Below are positions 35,152 to 46,475 of a stretch of 62,996 nucleotides of DNA, one piece after another. The DNA lies in IMG/VR virus record IMGVR_UViG_3300030330_003618, positions 1 to 62,996 of that record. One strand, given 5' to 3'. The notes under the pieces are model-generated. The model worked only from the letters and a program-made list of their open reading frames with translations, was not told where the DNA came from and ran no database searches. This stretch comes from a virus (Duplodnaviria; Caudoviricetes). The position numbers and the translations under genes were made by a program. Position 1 is the first letter of the stretch, and the number at the start of each line of letters is the position of its first letter.

Positions 35152-38100
35152 TTAGTCGTCACTTAACTCACTATTAAATATAGTAGCACCACCACTAAAT
35201 ATTTCTAACAATCTTCTTGATCTTTTTCTCATTTTAACCTCCATATACCTTCCTTTCATTCTATCCCCTTCAGCATAACCGTTTCTTTTTATAAATAAGA
35301 AGTTATTACTAAAGTCAGAAGGGGCGTTAGCTGCTAGGGTTAATTCATTATTACTATTAATAGAAGATATTGTTCCCACAAGAATATCATTACCTGAATC
35401 ATTATAATATAATTGATCACCATAATTACCTAATGAATCATCTGAAGATGTTCCTGTTATTATATTTGCGTCCCCAAAACTAGTTCCATTACCATTAACA
35501 GTTATTAAATCTGTAGGCTCTACAGAACCAAAACCAAGACCTATTATTTCTGAGCCTGTGCTATTTACTGTCACAAAAGGTATTTGTGCATATTGTTTAT
35601 TTTCTCTTTGATCAAAATTGTGTCTATCAACAAGGGTCTCTGTCATATCAGTAACTAAAGTAACATCATAAGAGGTATTAAGTTCACCTTCAAACTCAAA
35701 ACCTTGAGAGTCTGCTTCAGGAGCTTGATTAGCTTCTAAAGTTAGTGATTTAAAACCTTTTACTGAAGATGGACCATCGTTAATAGAAAAATCTAATTCA
35801 GTATAAAAAGTTACCCCATAAAAAGTATTGTAGTTTTCTTCATCTAAATCGTGTAAATATAAAAATCCCTCATCCCAAGAGACAAATAATCTATTTATTT
35901 TACAGTAATATTCAGCAAAATGAGAATAAAAACTAGTCCATCTCTTTTGTTTATCTCTCCACGCTGTTACAGAGCCTCCAACCAGTATATCTTGTTGATC
36001 AGTTTCACCTGAACCATCCCATTCACCTAAAACATCAAATGTTTCTGATTCATTATCAAAATGACCAATAGGTGCTGGTATAGAATCCATTTGAACTATA
36101 TACTCCTCATGTTTAGGATTAAAACCACCTTTTATTCTAAAATATTGATGTTGACCATCTAACATACTTCCAGATATATTACCGTAATCATTACTCCAAT
36201 TATATTGAGGATCATATGTTCTAAAATCTTCTTCTCTATCTCTAAAGTAATCATGCATCTTAACATCAGATATAGGTGTTATACCATCCCCAGACAATCT
36301 TACAACAGCCCCTCTCCTTATATCTGTCCAATATAAAACCCCTCCATTAGCTACAAATGACTCAGGATTTTTACTTATACCATAGTTACCAACAAAAGGA
36401 ACCATTGGATTTAATATTTTATTAGATACACCAACTGTACCTTGACCATCTGCACTAAGAAGTATATCTCTTTGAATAGGAATTTTATAAGTAGCATCTT
36501 CCTGTATCATTACTATATCAGTCTCTCTATAGTGTATTTTTTGTATAGTGCCATATATTCTACTATAATCTTCCCAATTACCCTCATTATAATCAAACGT
36601 ACTTAAACCATTAAAGCTAGTGGCTGGTTGATAAACATCAGAGTACGTTATAGAAGCCTCTTTATCTAATTGTTTATATACAGGAGAATATATATTAGCT
36701 CTACCTATACTTATATGATTACTGTCTGTGTAGTCATTTAGGAAATAATCCTCAACATAAAAGTTTTGAAGACCTCTAACGTTGTTAGCAAACCTCTGCA
36801 TGTTCCTGCTTTTGTAATATACGTCTCCAAACATAAACTCACCTACCGCTGGAGTTGTAGATGTAAGATTTCCAAAAGCGTCAGAAGTCCATGGAGTTCC
36901 TTGATCAGCTATAGGGCCTAAATGCTTTCCATATATATCCACATCATAAAGTTCACTAAACTCAAAATATAATGTTTCATCTGGATCAGGCTCTGGTTTA
37001 GGTTTGTATATTTCAACTACAGCCTGCTCTAATAAATCTGAGTTTGCAGCAACAGATGCAGCGTTATAATTAGCTAAAGGAGCTCCAGTAGAGTCTATTA
37101 ACTGTTCTATAATAAGATACCACCCATCTTCAGATCCGTCAAGGTTAAGACTGTTTTCTCCATTAATATCTCTTATAGGTATATTAGGATTGCCATGATC
37201 ATAAAACTCAAATCCTGAAACTCTAGCGTCAAGATATGTTGTTAAAAAAGTATCACCAGTTGTACTTCCATCCGATCCATCAAATGCTGTTGGAATTTGA
37301 CTACCTCCAGTTATAATCCTTACTCTATCACCCTTTGTGAACTCATAATCTAAAATACTTATATCTGGATTTGGAACTGCATCGGGATCTAGTTCAGCAT
37401 TTGTTATGTATGAATCATCAGACCCTTTTAAACCTCTTAAGCTCAAGAATATCCTATTATCATTAGATGCTGGATCCTGGTTATTAAATGCTTGCAAGAC
37501 CCTAAATTGAACAAATTCATCTACACTATTATTTCTTGAGTAAAACCATCTATAATGCTTAGCCCAAAGAGGAGCCCTATGGTTTATCTCCCATTTCATT
37601 GTTACAGCTCCAGTTAGATCAAAGTTTGCTACACCAGCAGGTATATCTGCATCTACTCTTTCTGTGGGAAACTTAACATAACACCTACCATTAGTTGAAT
37701 TACCTCCTTTCTGTTCTGTATCAAGCAATACAGTAGAACATCTTCCCCTTTCATCATAATAAACTATACCAAAACTATGATAAGCTCCACTTTTAAAAGA
37801 AGGAACAGCACCACCTGTTTGAAGAGTTACTGGATCTTGATAAGTCGGACCTCCGTATATTCCACTTGAACTATAACCATATTGAGGACTTATAGTAAAA
37901 GCCATTTTAGGAACATTAAAACCTTCGGTATAATTACCATATGCTAATCTATTATTACCTAATATAGTTTGTGTATGTGCAGACCTAGGAACAGCATCAA
38001 ACAATCTACTACCTTCTCCTGCTTCTGTAAGTGGAAAAGCTTGATCGTTGAAAAAAAGAAATGTTTGCTCTGAATTTGGATCTAATTGCCAAGCACTAAA

Positions 38101-40116
38101 ATCATTATCTAACGTAGCTACAATAGAATATGGACCTCTATTACCTCTAGATATTTGTCCTAAATCCTTACATTTTCTTCCAGCTACTTCTATTTTTTTA
38201 ACTATACCTGAAGAGTTTTTTACAGATATTATTAAATGGTTATCAACTTCAGGAGTTATATTGGTTTGTGATACATTATTATTATCAAAAGCAGATCGTA
38301 CAATATCACTAATAGGCGACCAAGCACTAACTTCATTGTCATAAAAAACATATCTATATCTAAATTGAAATAAATTTCCAAAAAGCTCATTTCTAGATAT
38401 ATTAGGGCTACTTCCAAACACATAGGTAGGTGCATACATAGGCGGTCTTTTAATAACCTCTACATATTGTCTTTTAGATTCTGATGGATATAATGGGTCA
38501 TATAAATTATATGGATAATAATCCTCTAAACTTATATCATCCGTCCCACCCTCTTCATTTAGTACATATGGATCATCAAATAAATCTACAGCAGCTATAC
38601 TGTTTTTAGACTTTCTAACATTTATAGAACAGGGTTCCCCATATTGTCTAGAGGTCCAATATAGAACATCTCCCACTTTATCAATGTCATTAATAAGAAA
38701 GTTTTTTCTCCAATTAAAAGCAGCTGTGTTTACATTTCCTGAGTCTCTGAAAACAGTTGCTATAGCGTTTGTTTTAATATCATATTCTAATATTAAGTGA
38801 AAATGATGATCACTAGCTACAAACCAATATATTTTATCATTCCTAGTATCCTCATAAGCACCTATAGTATCATAATTAATAGGGTCACCTTCATCTGTTA
38901 CATCATTAGATATAGTGGCATTAGCTCTTAGAAACATCTTTTCTACAGTTCTAGGATCTCCACCTGGCCCAGGATCACCTATAGTCCATCCTACAGATTC
39001 TATTTCATTTAAATACTCCGTAATATAAAGTTCTCCTTCGTCTGACTCCCCAACAACACCCCAATCAGAAGAGTTATTTAATAGTTCAGGTTCATTTGCG
39101 TAACCATAACCATCCTCAATAGCAGTTTCTTCTACAGGCCAAAAATATGGTAATTCTCCATTTGCATTAGGTGTAAATAAAGTTCCAGTTATATCATCAG
39201 GTGCACCAGCGTATTGCGGTTGTACACTAGCTGACGGTCTTAAATCAACATAAAACATGCCTTCTTCTTCGATTCCATCACTAGTGTAAGGTTTTTCAAA
39301 CAAAAGTGCATATGCAAAAACTTGCCCTGGAGTATATTCTGGATGATTAGCCACATTTGACATGGCGGATGCACCAAAAAAGTATTCGTTGTTAAAATAA
39401 GGACTATTATTATCAATAACACTAACTGTTATCCCTAATGCAGCTAAATTAGCAGAGTTTGCTTGAACCCAAAAAGTTAGATAGTTATACATTCTCACAT
39501 GATCCTCTCCGTTATATGATATCTGAAACCGCTGGCTATAAGGGGGATTTTGTATTTCAGACAGAGAAGAACCTATACATATATCAAAAGTCCTTAAAAC
39601 TATTGAGGGTCCACCAAGATCAATGTAGGTTTGAGACTCTGGACCATCTTCACCTGGATTATCACCAGGACCGTATTGTTGAGCGTAATAGGCTGGATAA
39701 GGATAATATGTAACCTCTTCAAATATCTGATATCCTAAAGGATACCCATTTTCATCAACAGCAGATATTGCAGTGGTATATGTACGAGGATCATTTTCGT
39801 CTCTAAGGTGACCATCAAAATTTTCTACTACCACTGATTGGTCTGATTCAAGGGAGCTTCCACCATAATTCCACCAATAATTAAACCAAGGCATAAATAA
39901 AGTTATTCTTCTTTTACCCTGCTGTGGTGGAGTTGGAAAGTCGTAAGCAACCTTCTTATTTCCTTTTATATTTTCTACAACACCCTCCGTATTAGCTTCT
40001 GAAGAAATATTTCTTATGTTTAAAGCGTGGTGATAATCACCATTCTTCAAAGCTCTAGGATCAGTGTCCTTATCTAATCCACCAACAAATAATCTTTTAG
40101 ACTGTGTACTCGGCAT
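35152..40116 (-). CDS. Tail stabilisation / muzzle protein (P22 gp10 / crAss-like)
   Basis: GGLDKDTDPR..ALNIR..GVVENIKGN N-terminus; YGISKNPESF, GGFNPKHEEY and KGRYMEV motifs. Confidence 0.85.
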   Translation of the reverse strand: MPSTQSKRLFVGGLDKDTDPRALKNGDYHHALNIRNISSEANTEGVVENIKGNKKVAYDFPTPPQQGKRRITLFMPWFNYWWNYGGSSLESDQSVVVENFDGHLRDENDPRTYTTAISAVDENGYPLGYQIFEEVTYYPYPAYYAQQYGPGDNPGEDGPESQTYIDLGGPSIVLRTFDICIGSSLSEIQNPPYSQRFQISYNGEDHVRMYNYLTFWVQANSANLAALGITVSVIDNNSPYFNNEYFFGASAMSNVANHPEYTPGQVFAYALLFEKPYTSDGIEEEGMFYVDLRPSASVQPQYAGAPDDITGTLFTPNANGELPYFWPVEETAIEDGYGYANEPELLNNSSDWGVVGESDEGELYITEYLNEIESVGWTIGDPGPGGDPRTVEKMFLRANATISNDVTDEGDPINYDTIGAYEDTRNDKIYWFVASDHHFHLILEYDIKTNAIATVFRDSGNVNTAAFNWRKNFLINDIDKVGDVLYWTSRQYGEPCSINVRKSKNSIAAVDLFDDPYVLNEEGGTDDISLEDYYPYNLYDPLYPSESKRQYVEVIKRPPMYAPTYVFGSSPNISRNELFGNLFQFRYRYVFYDNEVSAWSPISDIVRSAFDNNNVSQTNITPEVDNHLIISVKNSSGIVKKIEVAGRKCKDLGQISRGNRGPYSIVATLDNDFSAWQLDPNSEQTFLFFNDQAFPLTEAGEGSRLFDAVPRSAHTQTILGNNRLAYGNYTEGFNVPKMAFTISPQYGYSSSGIYGGPTYQDPVTLQTGGAVPSFKSGAYHSFGIVYYDERGRCSTVLLDTEQKGGNSTNGRCYVKFPTERVDADIPAGVANFDLTGAVTMKWEINHRAPLWAKHYRWFYSRNNSVDEFVQFRVLQAFNNQDPASNDNRIFLSLRGLKGSDDSYITNAELDPDAVPNPDISILDYEFTKGDRVRIITGGSQIPTAFDGSDGSTTGDTFLTTYLDARVSGFEFYDHGNPNIPIRDINGENSLNLDGSEDGWYLIIEQLIDSTGAPLANYNAASVAANSDLLEQAVVEIYKPKPEPDPDETLYFEFSELYDVDIYGKHLGPIADQGTPWTSDAFGNLTSTTPAVGEFMFGDVYYKSRNMQRFANNVRGLQNFYVEDYFLNDYTDSNHISIGRANIYSPVYKQLDKEASITYSDVYQPATSFNGLSTFDYNEGNWEDYSRIYGTIQKIHYRETDIVMIQEDATYKIPIQRDILLSADGQGTVGVSNKILNPMVPFVGNYGISKNPESFVANGGVLYWTDIRRGAVVRLSGDGITPISDVKMHDYFRDREEDFRTYDPQYNWSNDYGNISGSMLDGQHQYFRIKGGFNPKHEEYIVQMDSIPAPIGHFDNESETFDVLGEWDGSGETDQQDILVGGSVTAWRDKQKRWTSFYSHFAEYYCKINRLFVSWDEGFLYLHDLDEENYNTFYGVTFYTELDFSINDGPSSVKGFKSLTLEANQAPEADSQGFEFEGELNTSYDVTLVTDMTETLVDRHNFDQRENKQYAQIPFVTVNSTGSEIIGLGFGSVEPTDLITVNGNGTSFGDANIITGTSSDDSLGNYGDQLYYNDSGNDILVGTISSINSNNELTLAANAPSDFSNNFLFIKRNGYAEGDRMKGRYMEVKMRKRSRRLLEIFSGGATIFNSELSDD

Positions 40117-40120
40117 TTAA

Positions 40121-40846
40121 TTATAATTTAGGAGACTGCTTAAAAGCTTTTCTTGTAGTCTGCATAGCTTCCTGCTTATTAAACGACTGCATTCTAGCTC
40201 TAGCAAGTCTCTTTTGGTTATAGTATTCTTTCTTAGCTAACATTTTTTCATTCATATTGATGGCTCTTTTTCTATATATAGACTTCCAGTATATGTATGA
40301 TTTTAAAGCTTCTTCTGCAAAAGAATGTATTTTTATTTGATCACCTTCTAAATCAGATGAACCATCTGAAATGTACTCTATTATCACCGTTCCTGAAATG
40401 TTAGAAAACTCAATCGTTTCTTCATCAAAATTTTCCCTGTAGTAACCGTTAACATTATTTCCTCCTCCCTGGCCGTATCTGCCCCATAAACCATCTCCAG
40501 GGGTATTGTCAGTAAAAACTGGATGTTGAGTTTTATCCTCTACATTACTAGATGTGGCTCCATGAACTAGATTTATTCTATCTCTAGCTCCCAAGTAATT
40601 TAATTCACCATTACTGTTAGTTGTGGCTATTCTTAAATACGACACATAGTCAGTAGGTAAACTAACTGTGTTTTTATGGTCTATTTCTAGCTCTATAGAT
40701 TTTATTTGTCTAACAGTGTCAAAATTTAATTCCTTAAGACCACTCATAGCTAAATTAAAATACCTTAGATATTCATGTTCACTAGACTTTCCTTCTTCTA
40801 TTAAAAGATTCTGTATTACTTCTTCAACTGATATAAACTGAGCCAT
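40121..40846 (-). CDS. Tail ring / tubular adaptor protein
   Basis: LPTDYVSY..AEEALKSYIYW..YYNQKRLARARM; position. Confidence 0.75.
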   Translation of the reverse strand: MAQFISVEEVIQNLLIEEGKSSEHEYLRYFNLAMSGLKELNFDTVRQIKSIELEIDHKNTVSLPTDYVSYLRIATTNSNGELNYLGARDRINLVHGATSSNVEDKTQHPVFTDNTPGDGLWGRYGQGGGNNVNGYYRENFDEETIEFSNISGTVIIEYISDGSSDLEGDQIKIHSFAEEALKSYIYWKSIYRKRAINMNEKMLAKKEYYNQKRLARARMQSFNKQEAMQTTRKAFKQSPKL

Positions 40847-40848
40847 TA

Positions 40849-42477
40849 TTAATCTATATTATCATTAGACATATCGTCACTAGCATTTTTCATAACCGTT
40901 AGCAACTCAACTAAATTTTTTATTATTATTTTTTCGTAATCTGCTGGTATAGGGTAAACTGAATGATCTTCTACTCTATTAGAAGTTCCTATATAAGTAA
41001 CCCTTAACCTATTCCCATATCTTTCATTAAAAAAGTCATAATCATACTTTTTGTATAGATATAGAGCCGCACCTCCTATTTCTCCAGTGTCTTCTTCAGC
41101 GTTTACTAAATTTTCCACATAATAATATTGTCTTCCTGTTTTTTCAACAGTTTTATTATACAAAGAATTATGTTCACCTCCTGATGGCATTCTATAAAAA
41201 ATTGTCGGTTTAAACCCTTCTGCCGCTGGAGATGGGTCAGGGCTTGTATCACTATTAAGAACAACATTAAATGCTGTTCCTGGAGTTATAGGATCTATAT
41301 CAAAACCTCCCTGTGGATATACTTCAGTGAACATCACAACTGGGATTGCAAAACCAGTACCTAAGTAACCTTTGTCACAAATTATATTTTGCTCTTTAGC
41401 TATTTTTTGAGAATTTTCTAGAACAAACTTTTCTATAATATCTATTGGTGCTAAAGATGTTTTAGGAGAAACAAACTCAGAAGTATATACAGTTCCATTT
41501 ATTATAAAACCTATACCATGAGAGTTTTCATGTGCTGTTATGGTTTCTTCATCTGAATTTATACTCTGATTCTCATAACTCAGCGTCCACATAAATCCTA
41601 AATCATCATTTGTAGCGTTTGCACCAGATAAAACTATACCCCCATACTCAGTTGCAGGATTTTCGTCATATGTGCCAATTCCATTTATTTTTAAATTACT
41701 TATTTTAGAACCATAATTAGTGCTTAACCTTACCTGAATCTGTTGAGATATATTATATAAGCCATCTATAATAGTGTTGTCATTGGTGTCGTTTTCAGTT
41801 ACTCCATATTTAATATCATAATCCTTTGCAAACTTTTTAAAACCAGGGCTATTTACTAATGCAAATAGAAAATTATAATGCTGATTTTCAAAAGAATTAT
41901 ACCCAGTTGTATCAACATTAAAACTTATATTCTTAGTTCTAACGCCTCCGTATTGATGCTGCGTTGTTGCTCCATCAGACATTGTGGTTGTCTCAAGAAT
42001 ATAATCAAAAGAAACATGGTACTTTTTATCTAACACTTTTGGTCCAGCGGAAAACACTATATCTGTTGAGTCTCTTTTATATTCTGTTTCTTTTAACCCG
42101 CCAGTAACTTTATACATTACACCTTGTTTTTCATATCGAGTGTCAACTGACTCCACTTTTTGTATACCCATATCATTAGGTAATGAAATGTAGCTAAAAT
42201 GGAAAGGTGCACAGAGAGCTCCATATCTACTTTCATCTTTTCTTACATAAACTGTAGCTTGAGATATCCATCCCCCATTTATTTCCAACTCACCTTTAGC
42301 TGTTGCTGTTGATTTAGTGTAATACCAATCTGTTATCTCTGATTTAATAAGAGAATCTCTTTCTTGATCAACCAAAAGCATTACCTCTCTTATATCTATA
42401 GAGCTGTCTTCAGTGGGATCTCCACCGTTCACTATTCTAAGTACCTGTTCTGCTATTTTATATCTTGTTGTTGCCAT
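40849..42477 (-). CDS. Tail ring protein with large insertion
   Basis: Helical N- and C-termini (YPIPADYEKIII) typical of ring proteins. Confidence 0.65.
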   Translation of the reverse strand: MATTRYKIAEQVLRIVNGGDPTEDSSIDIREVMLLVDQERDSLIKSEITDWYYTKSTATAKGELEINGGWISQATVYVRKDESRYGALCAPFHFSYISLPNDMGIQKVESVDTRYEKQGVMYKVTGGLKETEYKRDSTDIVFSAGPKVLDKKYHVSFDYILETTTMSDGATTQHQYGGVRTKNISFNVDTTGYNSFENQHYNFLFALVNSPGFKKFAKDYDIKYGVTENDTNDNTIIDGLYNISQQIQVRLSTNYGSKISNLKINGIGTYDENPATEYGGIVLSGANATNDDLGFMWTLSYENQSINSDEETITAHENSHGIGFIINGTVYTSEFVSPKTSLAPIDIIEKFVLENSQKIAKEQNIICDKGYLGTGFAIPVVMFTEVYPQGGFDIDPITPGTAFNVVLNSDTSPDPSPAAEGFKPTIFYRMPSGGEHNSLYNKTVEKTGRQYYYVENLVNAEEDTGEIGGAALYLYKKYDYDFFNERYGNRLRVTYIGTSNRVEDHSVYPIPADYEKIIIKNLVELLTVMKNASDDMSNDNID

Positions 42478-43391
42478 TATCTTCTTCTTGTTGGAGTCGG
42501 TGGACTTATTCTAGGTCTACCCACTGATGGTGTTGATGCACTTTGCTCTTTAACTTTAGCCTCAGCATAAGCCATAGGCTCTTGATCTCTTAGTGATATT
42601 CCTATGTAAGACAACATTCTTTGAGCAATTTCTCTATGGGTTTTACTAGGTAGAGTTAATTCTTGATTACTAGCACTAGATGGATTATACACGTATTGAT
42701 TATTAACCATATTATAACCCCAATGAGGAGATGGTGGTTTAGCTATATAAACTAAATATATTTGTTTGTCATCTGAATCTTTTAATTCTGCTATATCATT
42801 TTGTATTCCATCGTCATTCAAACCAGGTTCATATCCATAGATTTCAAATCCTTTATCAAACATTACAGCTACATAGTTATTTTGGTCTGGGTAAAGAATC
42901 TCACTATGTAACCTATATGATAATTGATCATGTGTTAATAAATCTATCTTCCCTCTTAATAATTCCTTATTTGGATCTCCTCCATCATCATTTGTGTGAG
43001 GCACTCCAGGCTGGACTTCATTTGGGTCAGGTGTCGCATTTCCAGGTATATGATAAAGCCTTAAAAAATGTAAATATTCACCAGACATCTTACCTTTTGA
43101 GTCCATTTCATTTTCTGGATACTTCCACACACCAAGACCAGCACTATCATATGCAAGCTGCTTTCTAAAAACAACACTTCTAATATCATCTAAAACAGAA
43201 TGATTTTGAACTAAAACCTTAGATCCTTTACTCATAGCCTCTGATTCAGTCTTGTATCTAGCAACTCTATCATGTATTAAATCTAGCTGAGCTTGTTGTG
43301 CTAATAAGTTAAATTCAGAAGGTTTTATAAACCCTCTTTGTTCCTTGTTTGCTATAAGCTGTACAAACCTATATAATTCATCTATTGTCAT
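42477..43391 (-). CDS. Head-tail connector / tail tubular protein (P22 gp4-like ring)
   Basis: MTIDELYRFVQLIANKEQRGFIKPSEFNLLAQQAQ; YIAKP..P.WGY. Confidence 0.8.
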   Translation of the reverse strand: MTIDELYRFVQLIANKEQRGFIKPSEFNLLAQQAQLDLIHDRVARYKTESEAMSKGSKVLVQNHSVLDDIRSVVFRKQLAYDSAGLGVWKYPENEMDSKGKMSGEYLHFLRLYHIPGNATPDPNEVQPGVPHTNDDGGDPNKELLRGKIDLLTHDQLSYRLHSEILYPDQNNYVAVMFDKGFEIYGYEPGLNDDGIQNDIAELKDSDDKQIYLVYIAKPPSPHWGYNMVNNQYVYNPSSASNQELTLPSKTHREIAQRMLSYIGISLRDQEPMAYAEAKVKEQSASTPSVGRPRISPPTPTRRR

Positions 43392-43409
43392 TACTTATTT
43401 ATTTTAAAA

Positions 43410-43417
43410 CAAATATA
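43410..43417 (-). promoter_or_regulatory. -7 element TATATTTG for the tail operon
   Basis: TAnnTTTG just downstream of a terminator. Confidence 0.65.
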
Positions 43418-43419
43418 GC

Positions 43420-43456
43420 AAAAAAAAAGGAGGTAACAAACCTGCAACCTCCCTTT
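43420..43456 (-). terminator. Intrinsic terminator ending the capsid operon
   Basis: GGAGGT/ACCTCC stem followed by a T9 run on the - strand. Confidence 0.8.
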
Positions 43457-43480
43457 AAATGATATTATTATATACTTCTA

Positions 43481-44380
43481 TTAATCTATAGACCCCATTT
43501 TTGCTTTTATTTGATCTATAACTCCGCTTCCTTTGTCTGTCATGCACATATCTGCTAAACAGTCTATAGGCTTAACACCTAAGGGAATATGAGTTATAAC
43601 AGGTCTTTGATTTCCTTGAATCCACATTATTTTCTGAGAGTTCCAATCTAAAACTCCAGCCTCCTTACCTCTAAGTATAGTTTGTTTTATTTCCATTTTA
43701 GGATCATCTAGTCCATTTATGAAATTAACAGGATCTTTTTCTGCTAAAACTTTCATATCATATCTAATCTCATCAGTAGATTTATCTGTATTAACACCTA
43801 AAACCTGTGCATATCCCAATAATTTATTTAAAGGCATTTCAAAAACAGTTCTTAAAGCGTCCATGGATTTAATTTCTTTTTCCATTTTTTCTTTTGCGTC
43901 TTTTTCAAAATCTAACCTCTTAAAAACTCTTGATGATCCAGGTATTCTATTAGGATTGCTAGCATTAGAATTACACATATCTAAGTATTTTTTTAGAGTA
44001 GGATTAGTATAATCAACCATTATCATTCCATTATTAAATGTAATAGGAGATTTTACCATAGCGTCTTCTTTTTGCTCATCTTCAAATATAGATGACTCAC
44101 CAGGTATGTATCTTATTTTTCTATTTATACCCTTTTCTGGATCAAAAATAACATCTTCAGCTTTAAGCATGTGAACAATAGGAAATTTTACTCTCCCTGT
44201 CTTTTTATCAGTACGCTCTTTATAAAGTCTATATGTAGTAGGTTTTCTTGTTATTTTTCTCCCACCTTGATTAAGGTTGGCAATCCCATGAGTATTTGAT
44301 TTAGTTGCTGTAGGAGTCTCAATAGTTTTCGTAACCACTGGCTCTACAGTCTTTGTAGTTGTTGTTTTTTTCTTTGTCAT
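43481..44380 (-). CDS. Conserved head-module protein of unknown function (299 aa)
   Basis: Position after MCP; RKIRYIPGESSIFEDEQ. Confidence 0.8.
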   Translation of the reverse strand: MTKKKTTTTKTVEPVVTKTIETPTATKSNTHGIANLNQGGRKITRKPTTYRLYKERTDKKTGRVKFPIVHMLKAEDVIFDPEKGINRKIRYIPGESSIFEDEQKEDAMVKSPITFNNGMIMVDYTNPTLKKYLDMCNSNASNPNRIPGSSRVFKRLDFEKDAKEKMEKEIKSMDALRTVFEMPLNKLLGYAQVLGVNTDKSTDEIRYDMKVLAEKDPVNFINGLDDPKMEIKQTILRGKEAGVLDWNSQKIMWIQGNQRPVITHIPLGVKPIDCLADMCMTDKGSGVIDQIKAKMGSID

Positions 44381-44419
44381 TTCTAAAATTAAATTAAAAT
44401 TATTATTAAGATACCCTTG

Positions 44420-44442
44420 GAGGGAGATATACTCCCCCTCCT
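44420..44442 (-). terminator. GC-rich hairpin downstream of the capsid genes
   Basis: GGAGGGAG / CTCC-CCCTCC inverted repeat. Confidence 0.55.
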
Positions 44443-44498
44443 TAGATATGTTCTTTATACTGCCTGTATATCATTTCAAGACAGTCTATTAATTGTTA

Positions 44499-44966
44499 TT
44501 AGTCAGAACTTATAGTGTTACTTGTAACATGTCTTCTAACTTGAAGTCCAGTAACATTTTCGATAGGGTAAACACTGTTTACAGCATCGAACTTTAAAAC
44601 TGGTCCAGCAGTAATTGAGTTCATCTTCGCCCAAAGGTCTTCGATAACCGCAGCTTCTTTTCCAGAAGTACAAGTAATTCTAACAAAAGCTTGTTCAAAC
44701 GCCTCAGCCATAATAGCTTGGTCAGCGTCATCAGCAGTGTCATTTGTAACACCACCCATAAACATGCCTGGTTCGTACTTAGTTCCACTCGCAAAGTAAA
44801 TGTAAACCAAACCACTACCATTATTTTCTGCCGCCATAGAACTAATGTTTTTAGCAGGAAAAGCTGCTAAGTCAATATTAGTACCATCATCAGCATTGGT
44901 AACAGAGTTTGCATCTACTGTAGAAACATGAAACATTAATAATTTATCTCCAAATATTTGTGCCAT
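44499..44966 (-). CDS. Possible auxiliary capsid/decoration protein
   Basis: Immediately after MCP; similar composition. Confidence 0.55.
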   Translation of the reverse strand: MAQIFGDKLLMFHVSTVDANSVTNADDGTNIDLAAFPAKNISSMAAENNGSGLVYIYFASGTKYEPGMFMGGVTNDTADDADQAIMAEAFEQAFVRITCTSGKEAAVIEDLWAKMNSITAGPVLKFDAVNSVYPIENVTGLQVRRHVTSNTISSD

Positions 44967-44993
44967 TGTATAAAACTTTTAAAAGGTTAATAA

Positions 44994-46442
44994 TTAAGAT
45001 TTCTTGATCAACATATAACGATTAGCTCCAAATCCTTCAAAACCTCTTTCACATCTATAGTGTGATTGTAACACGTCAGATGTATTAGTTTTATTTTGTA
45101 GAATAGCAGAACCAGTTAACCAGTGTTCCATATCTCTCGAATAACCATTAGCAGCTTTATATCGTATTCTCAACGATGGAATACTCTCACCAGATTTAGC
45201 ATCTTTTTTCATATCCATAGGAATACAAACACCATATCCAGGATAGTTAAATCCAGAAGCACCTAATAATCTAGGGTGATTAAACAAATCATAAGTTTTC
45301 TTATGGAATGTATACCCACCTCTATGAAAAGAATTAAACCCTAAGTTTAACGCCATGTTTTTGTTATTTTGGAAAGTACCATAGTTAGCACCACCAGCAG
45401 CATAAGCACCTTGAGCAGCTAATAAATCATCGATATCTAAAGATAAATCAATACCAGCATAAATGCAGTATTCTTTAGCACCTCTATATTTATCTAATGA
45501 TTTAATCATAGCGTCAAAGTCCGCCATTGTGATTGCAGCAGCACCTAAGTCCATAGACTGTCCGTCTGTTTCAATCCAAGGAAGTAGACCTTGAGTTCCT
45601 CTAAGTGTTGAGTTACTTTGGTTTGTACCACTCTTAAAGCTTGTATTAACGCCCTCTAATGTAGTGTTATCAATATCCTCTCCTAACATCATCATGATCT
45701 CAGCATAATCTAAGAATCTCTTATAAGTATCTGATTCACCTTTTAAGTACCATACATATCCTGAACCCATTTTTTCATTGTCAACTTTTACGTAAACAAC
45801 GTTTGTAGCTTCAGAACCTGTTACTTCAAAAGATTCTTTTAAAATCATACACTTATTAGAGTATTCATGTACTAATGGAGATAAACTATCTGGTTGTATA
45901 CCACCTTCTGGGTGAGCATTACCAATGATAGCAAATTCATAATCAACACCTGTTGATTTAGCACCTGCACCAGAAGATGAAATAGAATACATCACCACCT
46001 CGTAAGGAGCACCTGAATCTGGGAATGAAGTTTCTGTTACATAGAACATATCTCCATCTTTATCTCGTAAAATATCACCAGGTCGTACTGGAGAATATTC
46101 ATTAGTAGTACCTGCAAAGTTAGAGGCATAACCTCCAGCTTGTACAGCTAAAGTTACTGACGCTGTTCCTGGTGCAGCACCTGGAAACTGTCCTGTAATA
46201 CTATTATGTCTGAACGCTTCTTCATAGTGCTCAAACGTAGTGTTGTTTGACGGAGCTTTTGAGCCCATCAACTCCATAAGTCCCGTAATACCTTGATCGC
46301 CATAACGCTTAACAAGTTTATCAGAGACATCTCTTTGACGTAAAGAGTTCGTAGTTAAGTTACTTACGTAGTTCTCATTGGTAGCAATTTGAACCGCAGA
46401 AGGCTTAATATGAACTTGACCGCCTAAATTTACTGTAGCCAT
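44994..46442 (-). CDS. Major capsid protein
   Basis: 482 aa after the scaffold; LNLGFNSFHRGGYTFHKK and HYRCERG motifs of Bacteroidota podophage/crAss-like MCPs. Confidence 0.88.
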   Translation of the reverse strand: MATVNLGGQVHIKPSAVQIATNENYVSNLTTNSLRQRDVSDKLVKRYGDQGITGLMELMGSKAPSNNTTFEHYEEAFRHNSITGQFPGAAPGTASVTLAVQAGGYASNFAGTTNEYSPVRPGDILRDKDGDMFYVTETSFPDSGAPYEVVMYSISSSGAGAKSTGVDYEFAIIGNAHPEGGIQPDSLSPLVHEYSNKCMILKESFEVTGSEATNVVYVKVDNEKMGSGYVWYLKGESDTYKRFLDYAEIMMMLGEDIDNTTLEGVNTSFKSGTNQSNSTLRGTQGLLPWIETDGQSMDLGAAAITMADFDAMIKSLDKYRGAKEYCIYAGIDLSLDIDDLLAAQGAYAAGGANYGTFQNNKNMALNLGFNSFHRGGYTFHKKTYDLFNHPRLLGASGFNYPGYGVCIPMDMKKDAKSGESIPSLRIRYKAANGYSRDMEHWLTGSAILQNKTNTSDVLQSHYRCERGFEGFGANRYMLIKKS

Positions 46443-46475
46443 TTTTAAAATTTTTTAACTATTAATTATTTATTA